Part shown: positions 25,501 to 38,415 of the stretch, piece by piece
Layout: each line of letters opens with the position of its first letter
Numbering within the stretch: position 1 is the first letter of the stretch
NCBI GenBank assembly: GCA_964016885.1
Contig: OZ024748.1
Span: forward strand, 37,820,001-37,884,000
Direction of reading: 5' to 3'
Origin: Eledone cirrhosa
Taxonomy: Eukaryota
DNA: 64,000 nt
The notes under the pieces: generated by a model
What the model saw: only the letters and a program-made list of their open reading frames with translations
Database searches by the model: none
What the model was told of the DNA's origin: nothing
Made by a program: the position numbers and the translations under genes

Positions 25501-28222
25501 TATACAGAATGTTGCGAACGAGGTAAGTGTTGTGATTAAAAAGAAGGAAAAATATAAAGAACGTTACGAAGGAGGTAACAGTTGTGAATAAAGAGAAGGA
25601 AAATTATAAAAATTGTTGCGAAGGAGGTAAGTGTTGTAATTAAAAAGAAGGAAACATATAAATAATGTTGCGAAGGAGGTAAGTATTGTGATTAAAAATA
25701 AGGAAAAATATAAAGAATGTTGCGAAGGAGGTAAGTGTTGTGATTAAAAAGAAGGAAAAATATAGAGAATGTTGCGAAGGAGGTAAGAGTTGTGATTAAA
25801 AAGAAGGAAAAATATAAAGAATGTTGCGAAGGAGGTAAGAGTGTTGATTAAAAAGAAGGAAAAATATAAAGAATGATGCGAAGGAGGTAAGTGTTGTGAT
25901 TAAAAAGAAGTAAAAATATAAAGAATGTTTCAAAGGAGGTAAGTGTTGTGATTAAAAGAAGGAAAAATATAAAGAATGTTGCGTAAGAGGTAAGAGTTGT
26001 GATTAAAAAGAAGGAAAAATATAAAGAATGTTGCGAAGGAGGTAAGAGTTGTGATTAAAAAGAAATAAAAATATAAAGAATCTTACGAAGGAGGTAAGAG
26101 TTGTGATTAAAAAGAAGGAAAAATATAAAGAATTTTGCGAAGGAGGTAAGAGTTGTGATTAAAAAGAAGGGATATTATACAGAATGTTGCGAAAGAGCTA
26201 AGTGTTGTGATTAAAAATAAGGAAAAATATAAAGAATGTTGCGAAGGAGGTAAGAGTGTTGATTAAAAAGAAGGAAAAATATAAAGAATGTTGCGAAGGA
26301 GGTAAGTGTTGTGATTAAAAAGAAAGAAAAATATAAAGAATGTTACGATGGAGGTAAGAGTTGTGGTTAAAAAGAAGGAAAAATATAAAGAATGTTGCGA
26401 AGGAGGTAAGTGTTGTGATTAAAAAGAAGGAAAAATATAAAGAAATTTACGAAGGAGATAAGAGTAGTGATTAAAAAAGAAGGAAAACTATAAAGAATAT
26501 TGCGAAAGAGGTAAGTGTTGTGATTAAAAAGAAGGAAAAATATAAAGAATGTTGCGAAGGAGGTAAGAGTGTTGATTAAAAAGAAGGAAAATATAAAGAA
26601 TGTTGCGAAGGAGGTAAGTGTTGTGATTAAAAAGAGGGAAAAATATAAAGAATGTTACGAAGGAGGTAAGAGTTGTGATTAAAAAGAAGGAAAAATATAA
26701 AAAATGTTGCGAAGGAGGTAAGTGTTGTGATTAAAAATAAGGAAAAATATAAGGAAACTTACGAAGGAGGTAAGAGTGGTGATTAAAAAGAAGGAAAAAT
26801 ATAAAGAATGTTGCGAAGGAGGTAGTGTTGTGATTAAAAAGAAGGAAAAATATAAAGAATGTTACGAAGGAGGTAAGTGTTGTGATTAAAAAGAAGGATA
26901 AATATAAGGAAATTTACGAAGGAGGTAAGAGTGGTGATTAAAAAGAAGGAAAAATATAAAAATTGTTGCGAAGGAGGTAAGTGTTGTGATTAAAAAGAAG
27001 GAAAAATATAAAGAATGTTGCGAAGGAGGTAAGAATTGTGATTAAAAATAAGGAAAAATATAAAGAATGTTGCGAAGGAGGTAACAGTTGTGATTAAAAA
27101 GAAGGAATAATATAAAGAATGTTGCGAAGGATGTAAGTGTTGTGATTAAAAAGAAGGAAAAATATAGAGAATGTTGCGAAGGAGGTAAGTGTTGTGATTA
27201 AAAAGAAGGAAAAATATAAAGAATGTTGCGAAGGGGGTAAGAGTTGTGATTAAAAAGAAAGAAAATTATTTAGAATGTTGCGAAGGAGGTAAGTGTTGTG
27301 AATAAAAAGAAGGAAAAATATAAAGAAAGTGTTGTGATTAAAAAGAAGTAAAAATATAAAGCATGTTGCGAAGTAGGTAAGAGTTGTGATTAAAAAGAAG
27401 GAAAAATATAAAAAATGTTGTGAAGGAGGTAAGTGTTATGATTAAAAAGAAGGAAAAATATAAATAATGTTGCGAAGGAAGTAAGTGTTGTGATTAAAAG
27501 GAAGGGAAAATATAAAGAATGTTGCGAAGGAGGTAAGAGTTGTGATTAAAAATAAGGAAAAATAAAAAAAATGTTGCGAAGGAGGTAAGTGTTGTGATTA
27601 AAAAGAAGGAAAATATAAAGAATGTTGCGAAGGAGGTCAGTGTTGTGATTAAAAGGAAGGGAAAATATAAAGAATGTTGCGAAGGAGGTAAGTGTTGTGA
27701 TTTAAAAAAAAGGAAAAATAATATACAGAATGTTGCGAAGGAGGTAAGTGTTGTGACTAAAAAGAAGGAAAAATATAAAGAATGTTGCGAAGGAGGAAAG
27801 TGTTGTGATTAAAAAGAAGGATAAATATAAAGAATGTTGCGAAGAAGGTAATTGTTGTGATTAAAAAGAAGGAAAAATATAAAGAAACTTACGAAGGAGG
27901 TAAGAGTTGTGATTAAAAAGAAGGAAAAATATAAAGAATGTTGCAAAGGAGGTAAGTGTTGTGATTAAAAAGAAGGAAAAATATAAAGAATGTTACGAAG
28001 GAGGTTAGAGTGGTGATTAAAAAGAAGGAAAAATATAAAGAATATTGCGAAGGAGGTAAGTGTGGTGTTTAAAAAGAAGGAAAAATATAAAGAATGTTGC
28101 GTAAGAGGTAAGTCTTGTGATTAAAAAGAAGGAAAATTATAAAGAATGTTACGAAGGAGGTAACAGTTGTGATTAAAGAGAAGGAAAAATATAAAAATTG
28201 TTGCGAAGGAGGTAAGTGTTGT

Positions 28223-31200
28223 GATTAAAGAGAAGCAAAAATATAAAGAATGTTGCGAAGGAGGTAAGTGTTGTGATTAAAAATAAGGAATAATATAAAG
28301 AATGTTGCGAAGGAGGTAAGAGTTGTGATTAAAAAGAAAGAATAATATAAAGAATGTTGCGAAGGAGGTAAGTGTTGTGATTAAAATGAAGGAAAATTAT
28401 AAAGAATGTGGCGAAGGGGGTAAGAGTTGTGATTAAAAAGAAAGAAAATTATTTAGAATGTTGCGAAGGAGGTAAGTGTTGTGAATAAAAAGAAGGAAAA
28501 ATATAAAGAATGTTGCGAAGGAGGTAAGTGTTGTGATTAAAAAGAAGGGAAAATATAAAGAATGTTGCGAAGTAGGTAACAGTTGTGATTAAAAAGAAGG
28601 ACAAATATAAAAAATGTTGCGAAAGAGGTAAGTGTTGTGATTAAAAGAAGGAAAAATATAAAGGATGTTGCGAAGGAGGTAAGTGTTGTTATTAAAAGGA
28701 ATGGAAAATATAAAGAATGTTGCGAAGGAGGTAAGAGTTGTGATTAAAAAGAAGGAAAAATATAAAAAATGTTGCGAAGGAGGTAAGTGTTGTTATTAAA
28801 AAGAAGGAAAAATATAAAGAATGTTGCGAAGGAGGTCAGTGTTGTGGTTAAAAGGAAAGGAAAATATAAAGAATGTTGCGAAGGAGGTAAGTGTTGTGAT
28901 TAAAAAAAGGAAAAATATACAGAATGTTGCGAAGGAGGTAAGTGTTGTGATTAAAAAGAAGGAAAAATATAAAGAATGTTGCGAAGGAGGAAAGTGTTGT
29001 GATTAAAAAGAAGGATAAATATAAAGAATGTTGCGAAGGAGGTAATTGTTGCAATTAAAAAGAAAGACAAATATAAAGAATGTTGCGAAGGAGGTAAGAG
29101 TTGTGATTAAAAATAAGGAAAATATAAAGAATGTTGCGAAGGAGGTAAGAGTTGTGATTAAAAAGAAGGAAAAATATAAAGAAACTTACGAAGGAGGTAA
29201 GAGTTATGATTAAAAAGAAGGAAAAATATAAAGAATGTTGCGAAGGAGGTAGGAGTTGTGATTAAATAGAAGGGAAAATATAAAGAATGTTGCGAAAGTG
29301 GTAAGTATTGTGATTAAAAAGAAGGAAAAATATAAATAATGTTGCGAAGGAGGTAAGAGTTGTGATTAAAAAGAAGGAAAAATATAAAGAATGTTGCGAA
29401 GGAAGTAAGTGTTGTGATTAAAAAGAAGGAAAAATATAAAGAATGTTGCGAAGGAGGTAAGTGTTGTGATTAAAAAGAAGGAAAAATATAAAGAATGTTA
29501 CGAAGGAGGTAAGTGTTGTGATTAAAAAGAAGGAAAAATATAAAGAGATTTACGAAGGAGATAAGAGGGTTGATTAAAAAGAAGGGAAAATATAAAGAAA
29601 TTTACGAAGGAAGTAAGAGTGGTGATTAAAAAGAAGGAAAAATATAAAGAATATTGCGATGGAGGTAAGTGTTGTGTTTAAAAAAAAGGAAAAATATAAA
29701 GATGTTGCAAATGAGGTAAGTGTTCTGATTAAAAAGAAGGAAAAATATAAAAAAATTTATGAAGGAGGTAAGTGTTGTGATTAAAAAGAAAGAAAAACAT
29801 AAAGACTATTGCGAAGGAGGTAAGTGTTGTGTTTAAAAAGAAGGAAAAATATAAAGATATTGCGAAATCGGTAAGTATTGTGATAAAAAAAAGGAAAAAT
29901 ATAAAGAATGTTGCGAATGAGGTCAGAGTGGTGATTAAAAAGAAGGAAAAATATAAAGAATGTTGCGAAGGATGTAAGAGTTGTGATTAAAAAGAAGGGG
30001 AAATATAAAGAATGTTGCGAAAGAGCTAAGTGTTGTGATTAAAAATAAGGAAAAATATAAAGAATGTTGCGAAGGAGGTAAGAGTGTTGATTAAAAAGAA
30101 GGAAAAATATAAAGAATGTTGCGAAGGAGTTAAGTGTTGTGATTAAAAAGAAAGAAAAATATAAAGAATGTTACGATGGAGGTAAGAGTTGTGATTAAAA
30201 AGAAGGAAAAATATAAAGAATGTTGCGAAGGAGGCAAGTGTTGTGATTAAAAAGAAGGAAAAATATAAAGAATGTTACGAAAGAGGTAAGTGTTGTGATT
30301 AAAAAGAAGGAAAAATATAAAGAAATTTACGAAGGAGGTAAGAGTAGTGATTAAAAAGAAGGAAAACTATAAAGAATATTGCGAAAGAGGTAAGTGTTGT
30401 GATTAAAAAGAAGGAAAAATATAAAGAATGTTGCGAAGTAGGTAAGAGTGTTGATTAAAAAGAAGGAAAAATATAAAGAATGTTGCGAAGGAGGTAAGTG
30501 TTGTGATTAAAAAGAGGGAAAAATATAAAGAATGTTAAGAAGGAGGTAAGAGTTGTGATTAAAGAGAAGCAAAAATATAAAGAATGTTGCGAAGGAGGTA
30601 AGTGTTGTGATTAAAAATAAGGAATAATATAAAGAATGTTGCGAAGGAGGTAAGAGTTGTGATTAAAAAGAAAGAATAATATAAAGAATGTTGCGAAGGA
30701 GGTAAGTGTTGTGATTAAAATGAAGGAAAATTATAAAGAATGTGGCGAAGGGGGTAAGAGTTGTGATTAAAAAGAAAGAAAATTATTTAGAATGTTGCGA
30801 AGGAGGTAAGTGTTGTGAATAAAAAGAAGGAAAAATATAAAGAATGTTGCGAAGGAGGTAAGTGTTGTGATTAAAAAGAAGGGAAAATATAAAGAATGTT
30901 GCGAAGTAGGTAACAGTTGTGATTAAAAAGAAGGACAAATATAAAAAATGTTGCGAAAGAGGTAAGTGTTGTGATTAAAAGAAGGAAAAATATAAAGGAT
31001 GTTGCGAAGGAGGTAAGTGTTGTTATTAAAAGGAATGGAAAATATAAAGAATGTTGCGAAGGAGGTAAGAGTTGTGATTAAAAAGAAGGAAAAATATAAA
31101 AAATGTTGCGAAGGAGGTAAGTGTTGTTATTAAAAAGAAGGAAAAATATAAAGAATGTTGCGAAGGAGGTCAGTGTTGTGGTTAAAAGGAAAGGAAAATA

Positions 31201-34200
31201 TAAAGAATGTTGCGAAGGAGGTAAGTGTTGTGATTAAAAAAAGGAAAAATATACAGAATGTTGCGAAGGAGGTAAGTGTTGTGATTAAAAAGAAGGAAAA
31301 ATATAAAGAATGTTGCGAAGGAGGAAAGTGTTGTGATTAAAAAGAAGGATAAATATAAAGAATGTTGCGAAGGAGGTAATTGTTGCAATTAAAAAGAAAG
31401 ACAAATATAAAGAATGTTGCGAAGGAGGTAAGAGTTGTGATTAAAAATAAGGAAAATATAAAGAATGTTGCGAAGGAGGTAAGAGTTGTGATTAAAAAGA
31501 AGGAAAAATATAAAGAAACTTACGAAGGAGGTAAGAGTTATGATTAAAAAGAAGGAAAAATATAAAGAATGTTGCGAAGGAGGTAGGAGTTGTGATTAAA
31601 TAGAAGGGAAAATATAAAGAAATGTTGCGAAAGTGGTAAGTATTGTGATTAAAAAGAAGGAAAAATATAAATAATGTTGCGAAGGAGGTAAGAGTTGTGA
31701 TTAAAAAGAAGGAAAAATATAAAGAATGTTGCGAAGGAAGTAAGTGTTGTGATTAAAAAGAAGGAAAAATATAAAGAATGTTGCGAAGGAGGTAAGTGTT
31801 GTGATTAAAAAGAAGGAAAAATATAAAGAATGTTACGAAGGAGGTAAGTGTTGTGATTAAAAAGAAGGAAAAATATAAAGAGATTTACGAAGGAGATAAG
31901 AGGGTTGATTAAAAAGAAGGGAAAATATAAAGAAATTTACGAAGGAAGTAAGAGTGGTGATTAAAAAGAAGGAAAAATATAAAGAATATTGCGATGGAGG
32001 TAAGTGTTGTGTTTAAAAAAAAGGAAAAATATAAAGATGTTGCAAATGAGGTAAGTGTTCTGATTAAAAAGAAGGAAAAATATAAAAAAATTTATGAAGG
32101 AGGTAAGTGTTGTGATTAAAAAGAAAGAAAAACATAAAGACTATTGCGAAGGAGGTAAGTGTTGTGTTTAAAAAGAAGGAAAAATATAAAGATATTGCGA
32201 AATCGGTAAGTATTGTGATAAAAAAAAGGAAAAATATAAAGAATGTTGCGAATGAGGTCAGAGTGGTGATTAAAAAGAAGGAAAAATATAAAGAATGTTG
32301 CGAAGGATGTAAGAGTTGTGATTAAAAAGAAGGGGAAATATAAAGAATGTTGCGAAAGAGCTAAGTGTTGTGATTAAAAATAAGGAAAAATATAAAGAAT
32401 GTTGCGAAGGAGGTAAGAGTGTTGATTAAAAAGAAGGAAAAATATAAAGAATGTTGCGAAGGAGTTAAGTGTTGTGATTAAAAAGAAAGAAAAATATAAA
32501 GAATGTTACGATGGAGGTAAGAGTTGTGATTAAAAAGAAGGAAAAATATAAAGAATGTTGCGAAGGAGGCAAGTGTTGTGATTAAAAAGAAGGAAAAATA
32601 TAAAGAATGTTACGAAAGAGGTAAGTGTTGTGATTAAAAAGAAGGAAAAATATAAAGAAATTTACGAAGGAGGTAAGAGTAGTGATTAAAAAGAAGGAAA
32701 ACTATAAAGAATATTGCGAAAGAGGTAAGTGTTGTGATTAAAAAGAAGGAAAAATATAAAGAATGTTGCGAAGTAGGTAAGAGTGTTGATTAAAAAGAAG
32801 GAAAAATATAAAGAATGTTGCGAAGGAGGTAAGTGTTGTGATTAAAAAGAGGGAAAAATATAAAGAATGTTAAGAAGGAGGTAAGAGTTGTGATTAAAGA
32901 GAAGCAAAAATATAAAGAATGTTGCGAAGGAGGTAAGTGTTGTGATTAAAAATAAGGAATAATATAAAGAATGTTGCGAAGGAGGTAAGAGTTGTGATTA
33001 AAAAGAAAGAATAATATAAAGAATGTTGCGAAGGAGGTAAGTGTTGTGATTAAAATGAAGGAAAATTATAAAGAATGTGGCGAAGGGGGTAAGAGTTGTG
33101 ATTAAAAAGAAAGAAAATTATTTAGAATGTTGCGAAGGAGGTAAGTGTTGTGAATAAAAAGAAGGAAAAATATAAAGAATGTTGCGAAGGAGGTAAGTGT
33201 TGTGATTAAAAAGAAGGGAAAATATAAAGAATGTTGCGAAGTAGGTAACAGTTGTGATTAAAAAGAAGGACAAATATAAAAAATGTTGCGAAAGAGGTAA
33301 GTGTTGTGATTAAAAGAAGGAAAAATATAAAGGATGTTGCGAAGGAGGTAAGTGTTGTTATTAAAAGGAATGGAAAATATAAAGAATGTTGCGAAGGAGG
33401 TAAGAGTTGTGATTAAAAAGAAGGAAAAATATAAAAAATGTTGCGAAGGAGGTAAGTGTTGTTATTAAAAAGAAGGAAAAATATAAAGAATGTTGCGAAG
33501 GAGGTCAGTGTTGTGGTTAAAAGGAAAGGAAAATATAAAGAATGTTGCGAAGGAGGTAAGTGTTGTGATTAAAAAAAGGAAAAATATACAGAATGTTGCG
33601 AAGGAGGTAAGTGTTGTGATTAAAAAGAAGGAAAAATATAAAGAATGTTGCGAAGGAGGAAAGTGTTGTGATTAAAAAGAAGGATAAATATAAAGAATGT
33701 TGCGAAGGAGGTAATGTTGCAATTAAAAAGAAAGACAAATATAAAGAATGTTGCGAAGGAGGTAAGAGTTGTGATTAAAAATAAGGAAAATATAAAGAAT
33801 GTTGCGAAGGAGGTAAGAGTTGTGATTAAAAAGAAGGAAAAATATAAAGAAACTTACGAAGGAGGTAAGAGTTATGATTAAAAAGAAGGAAAAATATAAA
33901 GAATGTTGCGAAGGAGGTAGGAGTTGTGATTAAATAGAAGGGAAAATATAAAGAATGTTGCGAAAGTGGTAAGTATTGTGATTAAAAAGAAGGAAAAATA
34001 TAAATAATGTTGCGAAGGAGGTAAGAGTTGTGATTAAAAAGAAGGAAAAATATAAAGAATGTTGCGAAGGAAGTAAGTGTTGTGATTAAAAAGAAGGAAA
34101 AATATAAAGAATGTTGCGAAGGAGGTAAGTGTTGTGATTAAAAAGAAGGAAAAATATAAAGAATGTTACGAAGGAGGTAAGTGTTGTGATTAAAAAGAAG

Positions 34201-35230
34201 GAAAAATATAAAGAGATTTACGAAGGAGATAAGAGGGTTGATTAAAAAGAAGGGAAAATATAAAGAAATTTACGAAGGAAGTAAGAGTGGTGATTAAAAA
34301 GAAGGAAAAATATAAAGAATATTGCGATGGAGGTAAGTGTTGTGTTTAAAAAAAAGGAAAAATATAAAGATGTTGCAAATGAGGTAAGTGTTCTGATTAA
34401 AAAGAAGGAAAAATATAAAAAAATTTATGAAGGAGGTAAGTGTTGTGATTAAAAAGAAAGAAAAACATAAAGACTATTGCGAAGGAGGTAAGTGTTGTGT
34501 TTAAAAAGAAGGAAAAATATAAAGATATTGCGAAATCGGTAAGTATTGTGATAAAAAAAAGGAAAAATATAAAGAATGTTGCGAATGAGGTCAGAGTGGT
34601 GATTAAAAAGAAGGAAAAATATAAAGAATGTTGCGAAGGATGTAAGAGTTGTGATTAAAAAGAAGGGGAAATATAAAGAATGTTGCGAAAGAGCTAAGTG
34701 TTGTGATTAAAAATAAGGAAAAATATAAAGAATGTTGCGAAGGAGGTAAGAGTGTTGATTAAAAAGAAGGAAAAATATAAAGAATGTTGCGAAGGAGTTA
34801 AGTGTTGTGATTAAAAAGAAAGAAAAATATAAAGAATGTTACGATGGAGGTAAGAGTTGTGATTAAAAAGAAGGAAAAATATAAAGAATGTTGCGAAGGA
34901 GGCAAGTGTTGTGATTAAAAAGAAGGAAAAATATAAAGAATGTTACGAAAGAGGTAAGTGTTGTGATTAAAAAGAAGGAAAAATATAAAGAAATTTACGA
35001 AGGAGGTAAGAGTAGTGATTAAAAAGAAGGAAAACTATAAAGAATATTGCGAAAGAGGTAAGTGTTGTGATTAAAAAGAAGGAAAAATATAAAGAATGTT
35101 GCGAAGTAGGTAAGAGTGTTGATTAAAAAGAAGGAAAAATATAAAGAATGTTGCGAAGGAGGTAAGTGTTGTGATTAAAAAGAGGGAAAAATATAAAGAA
35201 TGTTAAGAAGGAGGTAAGAGTTGTGATTAA
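28223..35230 (+). repeat. 45-monomer HOR, 2334-2335 bp, 3 near-identical copies
   Basis: The C of aaagagaagc is at 28236/30570/32905. Identical ORF-track entries start at 28821/31155/33490. Confidence 0.95.
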
Positions 35231-38200
35231 AAAGAAGGAAAAATATAAAGAATGTTGCGAAGGAGGTAAGTGTTGAGATTAAAAAGAAGGAAAAATATAA
35301 AGAATGTTGCGAAGGAGGTAAGAGTTGTGATTAAAAAGAAGGGAAAATATAAAGAATGTTGCGAAGGAGGTAATTGTTGCAATTAAAAAGAAAGACAAAT
35401 ATAAAGAACGTTGTGACGGAGGAAAGTGTTGTGATTAAAAAGAAGGAAAAATATAAAGAATGTTGCGAAGGAGGTAAGAGTTGTGATTAAAAAGAAGGAA
35501 AAATATAAAGAATGTTGCGAAGGAGGTAAGTGTTGTGATTAAAAATAAGGAAAAATATAAAGAATGTTGCGAAGGAGGTAAGAGTGTTGATTAAAAAGGA
35601 GGAAAAATATAAAGAATGTTGCGAAGGAAGTAAGTGTTGTGATTAAAAGGAAGGGAAAATATAAAGAATGTTGCGAAGGAGGTAAGTGTTATGATTAAAA
35701 AGAAGGAAAATATAAAGAATGTTGCGAAGGAGGTCAGTGTTGTGATTAAAAGGAAGGGAAAATATAAAGAATGTTGCGAAGGAGGTAAGTGTTGTGATTT
35801 AAAAAAAAGGAAAAATATACAGAATGTTGCGAAGGAGGTAAGTGTTGTGACTAAAAAGAAGGAAAAATATAAAGAATGTTGCGAAGGAGGAAAGTGTTGT
35901 GATTAAAAAGAAGGATAAATATAAAGAATGTTGCGAAGAAGGTAATTGTTGCAATTAAACAGAAAGACAAATATAAAGAATGTTGCGAAGGAGGTAAGAG
36001 TTGTGATTAAAAAGAAGGAAAAATATAAAGAAACTTACGAAGGAGGTAAGAGTTGTGATTAAAAAGAAGTAAAAATATAAAGAATGTTGCGAAGGAGGTA
36101 AGTGTTGTGATTAAAAAGAAGGAAAAATATAAAGAATGTTACGAAGGAGGTTAGAGTGGTGATTAAAAAGAAGGAAAAATATAAAGAATATTGCGAAGGA
36201 GGTAAGTGTGGTGTTTAAAAAGAAGGAAAAATATAAAGAATGTTGCGTAAGAGGTAAGTCTTGTGATTAAAAAGAAGGAAAAGTATAAAGAATGTTACGA
36301 AGGAGGTAACAGTTGTGATTAAAGAGAAGGAAAAATATAAAAATTGTTGCGAAGGAGGTAAGTGTTGTGATTAAAAAGAAGGAAAAATATAAAGAATGTT
36401 GCGAAGGAGGTAAGTGTTGTGATTAAAAATAAGGAATAATATAAAGAATGTTGCGAAGGAGGTAAGAGTTGTGATTAAAAAGAAAGAATAATATAAAGAA
36501 TGTTGCGAAGGAGGTAAGTGTTGTGATTAAAAAGAAGGAAAAATATAAAAAATGTTGCGAAGGAGGTAAGTGTTGTTATTAAAAAGAAGGAAAAATATAA
36601 AGAATGTTGCGAAGGAGGTCAGTGTTGTGGTTAAAAGGAAAGGAAAATATAAAGAATGTTGCGAAGGAGGTAAGTGTTGTGATTAAAAAAAGGAAAAATA
36701 TAAAGAAATTTACGAAGGAGGTAAGAGTAGTGATTAAAAAGAAGGAAAACTATAAAGAATATTGCGAAAGAGGTAAGTGTTGTGATTAAAAAGAAGGAAA
36801 AATATAAAGAATGTTGCGAAGTAGGTAAGAGTGTTGATTAAAAAGAAGGAAAAATATAAAGAATGTTGCGAAGGAGGTAAGTGTTGTGATTAAAAAGAGG
36901 GAAAAATATAAAGAATGTTAAGAAGGAGGTAAGAGTTGTGATTAAAAAGAAGGAAAAATATAAAGAATGTTGCGAAGGAGGTAAGTGTTGAGATTAAAAA
37001 GAAGGAAAAATATAAAGAATGTTGCGAAGGAGGTAAGAGTTGTGATTAAAAAGAAGGGAAAATATAAAGAATGTTGCGAAGGAGGTAATTGTTGCAATTA
37101 AAAAGAAAGACAAATATAAAGAACGTTGTGACGGAGGAAAGTGTTGTGATTAAAAAGAAGGAAAAATATAAAGAATGTTGCGAAGGAGGTAAGAGTTGTG
37201 ATTAAAAAGAAGGAAAAATATAAAGAATGTTGCGAAGGAGGTAAGTGTTGTGATTAAAAATAAGGAAAAATATAAAGAATGTTGCGAAGGAGGTAAGAGT
37301 GTTGATTAAAAAGGAGGAAAAATATAAAGAATGTTGCGAAGGAAGTAAGTGTTGTGATTAAAAGGAAGGGAAAATATAAAGAATGTTGCGAAGGAGGTAA
37401 GTGTTATGATTAAAAAGAAGGAAAATATAAAGAATGTTGCGAAGGAGGTCAGTGTTGTGATTAAAAGGAAGGGAAAATATAAAGAATGTTGCGAAGGAGG
37501 TAAGTGTTGTGATTTAAAAAAAAGGAAAAATATACAGAATGTTGCGAAGGAGGTAAGTGTTGTGACTAAAAAGAAGGAAAAATATAAAGAATGTTGCGAA
37601 GGAGGAAAGTGTTGTGATTAAAAAGAAGGATAAATATAAAGAATGTTGCGAAGAAGGTAATTGTTGCAATTAAACAGAAAGACAAATATAAAGAATGTTG
37701 CGAAGGAGGTAAGAGTTGTGATTAAAAAGAAGGAAAAATATAAAGAAACTTACGAAGGAGGTAAGAGTTGTGATTAAAAAGAAGTAAAAATATAAAGAAT
37801 GTTGCGAAGGAGGTAAGTGTTGTGATTAAAAAGAAGGAAAAATATAAAGAATGTTACGAAGGAGGTTAGAGTGGTGATTAAAAAGAAGGAAAAATATAAA
37901 GAATATTGCGAAGGAGGTAAGTGTGGTGTTTAAAAAGAAGGAAAAATATAAAGAATGTTGCGTAAGAGGTAAGTCTTGTGATTAAAAAGAAGGAAAAGTA
38001 TAAAGAATGTTACGAAGGAGGTAACAGTTGTGATTAAAGAGAAGGAAAAATATAAAAATTGTTGCGAAGGAGGTAAGTGTTGTGATTAAAAAGAAGGAAA
38101 AATATAAAGAATGTTGCGAAGGAGGTAAGTGTTGTGATTAAAAATAAGGAATAATATAAAGAATGTTGCGAAGGAGGTAAGAGTTGTGATTAAAAAGAAA

Positions 38201-38415
38201 GAATAATATAAAGAATGTTGCGAAGGAGGTAAGTGTTGTGATTAAAAAGAAGGAAAAATATAAAAAATGTTGCGAAGGAGGTAAGTGTTGTTATTAAAAA
38301 GAAGGAAAAATATAAAGAATGTTGGGAAGGAGGTCAGTGTTGTGGTTAAAAGGAAAGGAAAATATAAAGAATGTTGCGAAGGAGGTAAGTGTTGTGATTA
38401 AAAAAAGGAAAAATA
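34985..38415 (+). repeat. 33-monomer tandem duplication, 1715 bp x2
   Basis: agtagtgatt at 35011/36726. ORF-track pairs 35691/37406 and 36604/38319. A chimeric junction monomer starts at 36681. Confidence 0.92.

Larger units (their letters stand above)
122..27335 (+). repeat. Dispersed 36-bp truncated monomer variant (16-bp deletion), 10 copies found
   Basis: Junction tataaagaa|agtgttgtgatt in monomers starting at 122, 2078, 2686, 4902, 7270, 8033, 11023, 24528, 25134 and 27300. The next monomer starts 36 bp later. Confidence 0.9.
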
